Assembly (NCBI RefSeq): GCF_001194135.2
Contig: NC_068984.1
Location: 97,367,154-97,412,255 of the forward strand
Reading direction: 5' to 3'
Length of the DNA: 45,102 nt
Source: Octopus bimaculoides
Lineage: Eukaryota
In this document: one piece after another, positions 36,573-45,102 of the stretch
Layout of the letters: every line of letters begins with the position of its first letter
How positions within the stretch are numbered: position 1 is the first letter of the stretch
The notes under the pieces: model-generated
The model's database searches: none
The model's input: only the letters and a program-made list of their open reading frames with translations
What the model was told of the DNA's origin: nothing
Program-made: the position numbers and the translations under genes

Positions 36573-37601
36573 GTAACTATATCTTCGCTGCTTTGTCTGA
36601 TATTTTGAAATATTTTCTTCTTTCGAATTGTTTTATTTATACTTTAAAGTTTAAGAAATATATCATAACTAATGTTCTTCTATAGGAAAATGATTGATTC
36701 AACAGCACATTTAGTTTCTCTATAAATCTAAGTTATTTTGATTTCATAAACTTTACACTTACCGAATATGTAGACATTACACACACTCAGGCAAACATAC
36801 ACGCATACAAATTCATAGTTTGGGAGACAGACCAATATGTTTGTTTTAACAACTAGTGAAATAGGACTCAAAGCTTAAATAAAAATATAATTTTTTTTAT
36901 TAGCTGAAATTGTTATTGCAGTTACTTCAGGACCCAGAGTTTCGTACCAAGTTACTTACCAATTTATAAGTCACTCCTATAGCAAAATCAGCTATTAGTT
37001 ATGAAAGTTTCAAGTTCTGTAGAAATTGTCTAACTGCCATAATTGGGCGAAGGTAGAAGCGCGTGCAAAACACCCACTTCCGCTTTTTTTTTCCCCAAAA
37101 AATTTCTTCGGATTTCTGTTTCCGATATAGGAGAATACCATTTTGCTCAAAAATCACGTTTTCAAAATTTTAATTGGGTTCTTTCGTTTGAAGCAGCATT
37201 TATGTCAAACTTAATCATATGGGATCATATGATTGTTCGTTAATTTCCGTAATTTTTTTTTTTACTTTTTTATGTTTTGAAGTGAGAACAGAAAGTGAAA
37301 GGGAGGAGACTGAAAGATGTATGTACGCATATATGAAATGGACGTATGAGTGAGAGAGAGAGAGGTGTGTGTTGTCATGTATGTATTTTTTTACAAGTAT
37401 GTGAAAGAATGCCATTTTAATTTTACCCTCCCCACCCCAATTTCTTAATTTTTAACATTTTTTGCCCCTTTTCTTTTTTAAAATCCACATAGGAAAATAC
37501 AGAAATTACGAATATGGGAATTAAAAAAAATTTTTTTCATAATGAAACACTCAATGCCACTTCCCCCACCTCGCCCATCCATCAAAAAGCTAAAACCTCC
37601 G

Positions 37602-38203
37602 AATAAGAGAATAAAAGTAAAAATTAAAATATATGTAGGATGTTATAGTTGCAGTTCCATTATCCAAGGATAAGTGGTGTGTAGATGTGGTAGAAATGCT
37701 TCTTGTCCATGGTATGTAAACTTCGATAGGAGTTCATATTTTATTACAAATGGAAGATGTGGAGACATAGATTCTGTGCTGTTCATTCAAAGGGGTCTTG
37801 TGGTGTAAATGAAATTTTGAGAATGTAGTTGTAGTATTAAGTAGATAGAGGAGAGAGAGGAAGAGAAAGGGGGAAAAAATGAAATTGTCCATTTTTTTTC
37901 ATTTTTTTCACTTTCTCTTCTTTCTTCACCTATTCCTAACGACCATTCTCCTCATTTTAACTCACATCTTTTCTCTCCTCTCTATCTACTTATTACTATC
38001 ACTACATTCTCTTTGAATGAACAGCACATGGAATCTATGTCTCCACACTTTCCATCTGTAATAAAATATGTACTCCTATCAGAATTTACATACCATGGAC
38101 AAGAAGTATTTCTACAACTTCTACACACCACTTATCCTTGGATAATGGAACTGCAACTGTAACATCCTACATATATTTAAATTTTTACTTTTATTCTCTT
38201 ATT
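37602..38203. repeat. Long inverted repeat (arms ~37602-37860 / ~37970-38203), probably inverted PLE pLTR copies, in intron 1
   Basis: For example gttgcagttccattatccaaggataagtggtgtgtaga versus tctacacaccacttatccttggataatggaactgcaac. The left arm carries a ~28 nt insertion. Confidence 0.85.
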
Positions 38204-38292
38204 TCCCTTTATACTTCTTATTTCCACCCTTTTCCAAAATAACTCCTTATATTGAATTCTACTATTTCCCTCTATTTAACCATCTCACATCA

Positions 38293-38339
38293 TCTCTGAT
38301 GAAGGGATATCCCTAACATCCCAGAAACAGCTGAAAGAC
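38293..38339 (+). ncRNA. Degenerate minimal type I hammerhead motif (U16.1 replaced by A)
   Basis: UCU CUGAUGA A GGGAU..AUCCC A GAAA CAGCUG A A AGA C. The palindromic stem III (ACAGCUG[U]) is typical of PLE minimal hammerheads. Confidence 0.55.
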
Positions 38340-38468
38340 TAACTTTTTTTTACAAATGTCCTGAAAATTCCACACAGCTTTTNNNNNNNNNNNNNNNNNN
38401 NNNNNNNNNNNNNNNNNNNNNNNNNNNNNNNNNNNNNNNNNNNNNNNNNNNNNNNNNNNNNNNNNNNN

Positions 38469-38500
<32 letters not shown>

Positions 38501-38971
38501 ACGATTAGTTCTTCGTTGCAGTTGAGGGTCACCAATTGTAATTGTTGTTGTTAAGGTGTTGGTTGCCAGTGTAACAATTTACATTATGATCTATGCTGGA
38601 GTTGGCAGTTAGCGATTGTATCGGGTGTTGCTGTTGCAGATGTGCAAGATGGAAGAAGAAAAATGATCGAAGTTGTAAAAGAAATATTTATTTACTGTTA
38701 CTTTGTATAATACTATGCCTCGACGGGCAGGTGTGTGTATCATATAAAAACAATANNNNNNNNNNGGCAGGTGTGTGTATCATATAAAAACAATAGAGTT
38801 ATCTTTTCTTGTATGTTGTTGCTGTTTATGTTTGGTCAACTGCTAGCTGCCTAACTAGGATTTAAAGGAAGATAGAGTGAATGTTAAATGTGGGAAGTCA
38901 ATAAAATGATACCTTCATTGTGTTTGACATTTAAACAGCAGTGGTGTTCTGATAAGACTCTGTATCATAGT

Positions 38972-39909
38972 TCACATTCTCACTGTAAGCCTTCTCTCAG
39001 TTGAATTATTTATCACTGATTTCCTCGCTTCTAATATTACGTTAATTTCCTTCCTAGTTAATTGGGTATGGTTTTTGGTGAAGATAAGAGTGCTATTTAG
39101 GATCGTAGGGTTAATAGATGAGTAGTAATCTACTATGTCTATTTGTAGGAATTTGTAGTTTATCTTGTTTTGGATTCTAGAGAACCAGTTTAGGGCTTCA
39201 TATGTGTTGGACCGTAGTTCTAGGGCGATCACATTCCTTAGCTTAGGGATGTATTTGTCTAATATTAATTTACTTAATTTACATAAATCCGACTTATTGG
39301 GGCATATTAATCTAACTTTGGTAACTGTTAAGAAGTTAGGTTTATGATCTTTTAGTGTGATGTATGGTCTGGAAGGTATGAAGGGTTCGGTTTTCTCCTC
39401 TATGTTGTATTCTGTCATAATGCTCTTGGCTGCTAAGTTCATAGATCTTAAGGTGCTGTTAGGTGCTTTGTATGTTTTTGTAATTTCTTTATGTAGCAAC
39501 TGGTGGTATAAATTTATATCCAGAGTGTAGGAATTCTTAGTTTTATTGGAGTGAACCATAATTCCCTTTTGTAATTTCAGTTTGTATAATAGGTTCTTTT
39601 GGTAGATGTTGTTTCTTAGTGGATGCCATTTGAATTGTAGCTTCTTGATAGTATCCCATAGTTTAGTTTCAAAGGCATCTAAATGACTGTTTGGTGGGGT
39701 GTTTTCCTGGTCTTGAAGACTCCTTTGGTGAGGGCATTGCTGTTGTGGTGTTGCGTTGTCTCTAGCTGGCTGTTTTTATCATAAAATAAGGCTTTCCAGC
39801 GCAAGCAGTGGGTGAAGTCTGTAATTTTACTAATGACTTCTTTAAGATATACATTTTTGAGTGGAATCGGTATATCTTTTAAAGATGCTTCTATTGTTAT
39901 TTGCTCCAT
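38972..39909 (-). mobile_element. Penelope-like element: N-terminal domain and RT N-half (3'-truncated, antisense in intron 1)
   Basis: Motifs: SLKDIPIP, LRWKALF, FKTRKTP, LDAFETKL, SNKTKNSY, YITLKDHKPNF, RLICPNKSDL, NWF, FLQIDIVDYYSSI, EARKSV. One frameshift near 39690. Confidence 0.9.
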
Positions 39910-40170
39910 TTACCCAGTATGTGCCTGTTGTAGGCTGGCTAAGGCATCTTAGTCAGAAACTTTTGTTATGCAGGTATAAGTTAGAGGTGTTTAAAGCCTC
40001 TAAGGGATAGATATATCCAAAGGCACTTCTGGTAATTACCTCAGTAGGTATATTCCTTGGTAAAAAGTATATGGCAGCAGGTAATTTAGTGGGTAACTGT
40101 AGTTTAATTTATATAGACGAGAAGAAAATGGAAGGAAATAACAAACAGAAGTGTGTCTTTTGCACTAGTA

Positions 40171-40432
40171 GGTATACAGAAGCAAAAAAAAAAAGAAGAG
40201 TGCTATTGTTATCAAGTGAATGATATTTCAGCATCTAGTGTACCTTCCACAGGTTCAAAAAATAAACTCGTCAATCTACTACTGGAGGAGTTACCTCAAT
40301 CCTATAAAATATTACCAAAAATGAAGTAAATTGACAAGTTTATTTTTTGAACCTGTGGAAGGCACACTAGATGCTGAAATATTGTTCACTTGATAACAAT
40401 GGCACTCTTCTTTTTTTTTGCTTCTGTATACC
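40171..40432. repeat. ~103-bp inverted duplication (40171-40275 / 40330-40432) with a 28-bp direct repeat (40281-40308 / 40434-40461)
   Basis: The arms differ by about 5 substitutions and 1 indel (counted by eye). Confidence 0.92.
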
Positions 40433-40650
40433 AACTGGAGGAGTTACCTCAATCCTATAAAGTATCATCATTATTGTTGTTGTTATTATTATTATAATTA
40501 TTATTATTATTATTATTGCTATTATTATTATCTGTTGTTGTTGTTATTACTGTCATTAAATGATAACTTGATTGTATTTTTTATTTCTCCTTTTATGAAA
40601 ATAATCAATTAAACAAAGCAAAATGTTGATTCTTTTCCTTCTGTTTCCAG

Positions 40651-41077
40651 CAAATATCATCAAATGAACCAACACAATTACCAAATTTACCTAACCTACA
40701 TGCATGTAATGCATCATTACCACCACTACCGTGTATACCTTCAGCTCCATTTCCACAATATAATTTATATCCCTATATAAGGGACAATGACAGCAATGAT
40801 TTAAACTATCAGACATATAGTCCACAAAAGGACTTTTGTACAGAAGGATTACTTGTAAAATTTGGTCAATATAGCAGACATGTTAATGAGTTTCAGAAAC
40901 CTTATGGTATTGCTATTAACAGAGCTGGGCATATATGTGTATCAGATCTGAAAGGAGGACGTATTCTCATTTTTTCACCGACTGGTATCTTTCTTAATAA
41001 GCTTCTTCCTTCTTGTGATATATATGATGTAGCTATATTACCAAATCAAAACATTCTGACTTCAGTTGCAAAAGCTG
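40651..41077 (+). CDS. RING-NHL protein, coding exon 2 (427 nt): Pro-rich linker and first NHL repeats
   Basis: Acceptor ttcttttccttctgtttccAG. Phase-0 frame is open throughout: QISSNEPTQLPNLP...FGQYSRHVNEFQKPYGIAINRAGHICVSDLKGGRILIFSPTG...VAKAG. Donor G/GTAAGT, phase 1. Confidence 0.85.
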
Positions 41078-42118
41078 GTAAGTACAGTTATTATTTAAGA
41101 TTTTTTAAAATTTCATTTATGAAATAGAATGCTGATAATTTAGGAAACATTTTTGATGAATGACGAATACATTAAGTGTCAGTAAGAAGCCAACTGATAA
41201 ATAATTTCTATAATTAGTTGTTGTGATGAGTCATCTGAAGTGTTTGTTTTGTTTCTTTTTTGAAATATATAAACCAGTAATAAATATAGCAATAACACAG
41301 AACAACTTATTTATAGTCACCAGCATTTAAAATAAAGGCCAAGCTGGTTATAAATAGTAACTGAGGATTAATATTTGCATGATCAATATTTAAGTATTAG
41401 ATATTAGATTAATATTTAGTATTAGATATTAATATTAGATTAATCTTGCATGATTAATATTTAGTAACATATATGCAATTACATATTTGTAAGTGAAATG
41501 AGTTATGATTGTAGATATATAATTTTCTAATTACACACCTGATAACAGGCATGTAATTCCATATTTGTAATTGTACGTGTAATTGTTACTCTTTTGATTA
41601 CACTTAGCTCTAGCTATTTACATATGAAGCCAACAAGGCAGCATCTACATGAAAATAACTGCCAAATCTCCCTCAAACTACACCCTACCATCTTAAAGAA
41701 GGGCATGTTAGATAATGTGGCTAGGAGAACATTCTGCTTGATAAAAAGTTAGGGTGGTCACAGCTGGAATGCCATTGTTAATAGATTTGCTCAGTTAGGA
41801 TTGATGTAAAAATAAACAACTCTGACAACTGTATGCATTTAGGAACACATTGACTTTGATGCATGAAAAATGACTTTTATGTCAGGCAGTTTGAGAAGTT
41901 GTGTTTGTGAATGCTTTTTCATTTGACCTCCTTTTCACTGCAATTCCCCGAGTTCTAGATTGAGTTTTGAAACTAGACATTGATGAAAAAGTGTATGATA
42001 TGATAGTAACTCTATATATGTATATTACAGCAATAACTGTATAATACAGTAGGGTAAATATGTATTTTAGTAGTAGCTATATAATATAATGGTAGCTTTA
42101 TAATCCAGTGTTGGTATA

Positions 42119-42156
<38 letters not shown>

Positions 42157-42432
42157 TAATGGAAATATATAATACAATAGTGGCTATGTAATACACTAAT
42201 TGTAGCTGTATAATACACTGTAGAGACAGCTCCAATGATTGTGGCTACGTAATATATTGCTATCTATATTATACATTGGCAGCTATGTTCATATGTATGC
42301 ATGCTTGTATGAATGAATGACTGCTTTTTTTATCTTCACTATATATCTTTCTAAGTTTTGTTATCTTTCTAAGTTTTGTATATTCATGTTTATATTATTG
42401 TTTAACTTGATATTTTTATTTCTACTTTTTAG

Positions 42433-43037
42433 ACAAAGCTATCTTGCACATCTATAATATGAACAGCCATTTAATTTCACAATACACTGGACTCCATTTT
42501 CAATATGCTCGCCCAAGTGGTGTTGCTGTGAACAAGTATGGCTATGCCATTGTAACAAGCTTGGAAAATGATTGTGTCTATGTATTTACAGAAGAAGGTA
42601 AACTTTCACTGAAATTTGGCTGGAAAGGTTCTGGTAATGACCATTTCAATCGACCTTATTTTGTGACTACTAATGATAAACTTCAAATTATTGTTTCTGA
42701 TTGTGGTAACAACTGTATAAAAGTGTTCAGCAGTGATGGCAAATTTAAGTGCAAGTATGGTAAGAAAGGAAAAGACAAAGGTATGCTGTTTAAACCGATG
42801 GGGGTTTGTACAGACAGAAACAATAATATCATAGTGGCAGACTATGGAAATTACAGAGTTCAGGCATTCAGTCCAAAAGGCCGATCTCTTGGTTTCCCTG
42901 TTTATGACACATTTCGTATCGGTAAAGATGTTTCTCCTATCAATGTTGCTATTAACAGACATAATAATGTTGTTGTTCTATTGACTGGAGAGAAATTTGC
43001 TGAAGTTCGGGTATATGAGTGGAATCCAGAAGTTTAA
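42433..43037 (+). CDS. RING-NHL protein, coding exon 3 (terminal): remaining NHL repeats
   Basis: Acceptor tttttAG; the phase-1 join gives G|AC = Asp in frame with ORF 42444-43037. NHL motifs: RPSGVAVN, GSGNDHFNRPYFVTTND..IIVSDCGNNCIKVF, FKPMGVCTDRNNNIIVADYGNYRVQAF. Candidate AATAAA at 43056-43061. Confidence 0.9.
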
Positions 43038-44113
43038 ACTGATTATTCAAGTTCAAATAAAATATGTTTTATTTTCATATTAATTATTTAGTTTTTCTCT
43101 TCTTTTCTTTTCTCTCTGTATCTTCTATTTCTCCATCTTTTCTTCATTATCTCTTTTACTCTTTCCTCGTTGTTCTTTTTTAATTTTTTCTATCTTATAT
43201 TTTATTCTTCCATCATTTTTAATTAATGACAGCAACATTTATTGACGATATCACTCAACTATATGTATGTATTGCAAGTAACGCAGTCATTCAAGCATAT
43301 ATGAGTGTTACATAGACATGGCCACTCAACCATATTTGAAAGTTTGTGTGTAATTTACACCTCTGGCAATACCACTTACCTATATATATGTAAGCAACAC
43401 TGTTTGCTTATATATACACACACACACACACACAAGTGAATCAAAAACAACAAAAGCCAAAAGGACGTACACAATGAATGTTTTAGATTACTCAGTTTAA
43501 AATGGAAAAAAGGGCAGGGTGTAATGTTTCAAGCATGGCTCTTAATCAGAAAGAAAAAGGTCTAGAGAGAAGGAAAATAGTCCAAATAAAGCTGCCTGTG
43601 ATTATATAGCTGTATGTGTGTGTGTGTGTGTTACACAAGTGATAATACCATTCAATCATGTCTTACAAGACAATGTTACTCAGTTATATATGTGTGTATT
43701 ACATAATTGACAATACAATGGTTATTCAGCTTGAATAATCACTTGAGCTGATACCCCAGTCCCACTTCTTGTCATCACATGATTCACTTCTTGCCACCAC
43801 AATGATTCAGCTGTCAAGTCGTTTTTATTTTTTTTTTACCTCAACCCAATTCTTATTCTTGAAAATATCTCTTCTCATACCATCCCATCACCACCACTGG
43901 ACAGCAATAGCTTTTTTGTAACTGTTGACCTGATTATGGATTGTTAATCTCACTATGAAAGTCATGAACCCTGTCCCTTTTACTTGAATGACCTATAAAA
44001 CAAATTCTGCAATGGTGATCCACACCAAATAGGTTGACAGGACTTTGATGATGATACAATTGTCTGCTAGAAGAAAACTAAGTTTATAGATTTTCCTGAA
44101 GCTTTCAATTATT

Positions 44114-44170
44114 TCCAACCCATGCTAGCATGGAAAGCGGACGTTAAACGACGATGATGATGATGATGAT
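44114..44170 (+). mobile_element. 57-bp extreme 3' fragment of the retroposon at 1-399
   Basis: tccaacccatgctagcatggaaagcggacgttaaacgacga is identical to the first copy, followed by (TGA)n. Confidence 0.8.
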
Positions 44171-44300
44171 CTATCATTGATCTGCTAAATCAGAGATGAA
44201 ATTCAACTGTCAAAAGCAGTATGACACATGTAAATGTTCACTTCTAAAGTTCTGACTCATTGCTGTATAGAAAATAATGTTATAACTATTGTAGTATTAG

Positions 44301-44666
44301 TGGAGGCGCAATGGCCCAGTGGTTAGGGCAGCGGACTCGCGGTTTCGATTCCCAGACCGGATGTTGTGAGTGTTTATTGAGCGAAAACACCTAAAGCTCC
44401 ACGAGGCTCTGGCAGGGGATGGTGGTGAACCCTGCTGTATTCTTTCACCACAACTTTCTCTTACTCTTACTTCCTGTGTCTCTTGTGCCTGTAATTCAAA
44501 GGGTCAGCCTTGTCACACTGTGTCACACTGAATATCCCCGAGAACTACGTTAAGGGTACACGTGTCTGTGGAGTGCTCAACCACTTGCACGTTAATTTCA
44601 TGAGCAGGCTGTTCCATTGATTGGATCAACTGGAACCCTCGACATCGTAAGCGATGGAGTGCCAAG
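44301..44666 (+). mobile_element. tRNA-derived SINE, family 2, with a 12-bp TSD
   Basis: TSD attgtagtatta at 44288-44299 and 44667-44678. It is the reverse complement of 16743-17117 with a 14-nt head deletion. Confidence 0.9.
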
Positions 44667-44760
44667 ATTGTAGTATTAAAGGAAACCTGCTTGTGTGATA
44701 ACAAATAGACTTCATCCCTCACCTCATTGTCATCTTTCTATTTTATATTTACACAATTTA

Positions 44761-45102
44761 GGAGGCGTAGGAGTGGCTGTGTGGTAAGTAGCTTGCTTAC
44801 CAACCACATGGTCCCGGGTTCAGTCCCGCTGCGTGGCATCTTGGCAAGTGTCTTCTACTATAGCCTCAGGCTGACCAAAACCTTGTGAGTGGATTTGGTA
44901 GACGGAAATTCAAAGAAGCCCGTCGTATATATGTATATATATATGTGTGTACGTGTTTGTGTGTCTGTGTTTGTCCCCCCAACATCGCTTGACAACCGAT
45001 GCTGGCGTGTTTATGTCCCCGTAACTTATCGGTTCGTCAAAAGAGACTGATAGAATAAGTACTAGGCTTACAAAGAATAAGTCCTGGGGTCGATTTGCTT
45101 GA
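44761..45102 (+). mobile_element. tRNA-derived SINE, family 1 (runs off the window)
   Basis: Head ggagtggctgtgtggtaag...ggttcagtccc (A/B-box-like); the body matches the three minus-strand copies. Confidence 0.88.

Noticed and set aside
36573-36608. Single-exon 158-aa RING-only gene, as in the ORF track
   Set aside because: A phase-compatible GT donor at 36573 and downstream in-frame NHL exons explain the locus better; read-through ends in a hydrophobic, intron-like tail.
38726-38795. 30-bp direct repeat
   Set aside because: It flanks a 10-N gap and is an assembly overlap.
44301-44375. tRNA genes at SINE heads (also 44761-44835 and 17045-17117)
   Set aside because: There is no closed acceptor stem, and each head continues into a multicopy SINE body; two of the copies have TSDs.

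Overview
Eukaryotic, AT-rich, microsatellite-dense genomic DNA with many N gaps. The repeat families suggest a coleoid cephalopod, most likely Octopus; this is an inference, not a database result. One host gene is reconstructable on the + strand: three coding exons (36132-36572, 40651-41077, 42433-43037) with matching splice phases give a 490-aa RING (C3HC4) + NHL-repeat protein. It is TRIM2/3-like but has no B-box, coiled-coil or filamin domain. The rest is transposon-derived: a 5'-truncated Tx1/L1-clade LINE, two head-to-tail ORF1 (gag-like, CCHC) elements, RTE LINE fragments, Penelope-like element (PLE) fragments, a DD37D (maT) transposase relic, three tRNA-derived SINE families and several MITE/foldback elements. 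The most notable observations are: (i) a complete ORF1-only element sharing its 3' terminus with the nearby Tx1 LINE, with a diverged sister copy in tandem; (ii) a near-canonical hammerhead ribozyme at 11608-11675 (-) and a mutated one at 38293-38339; (iii) the malin-like RING-NHL architecture; (iv) a Merlin-type MITE about 700 bp upstream of that gene; (v) two long hairpins in its first intron. No rRNA, intact tRNA or CRISPR array was found.
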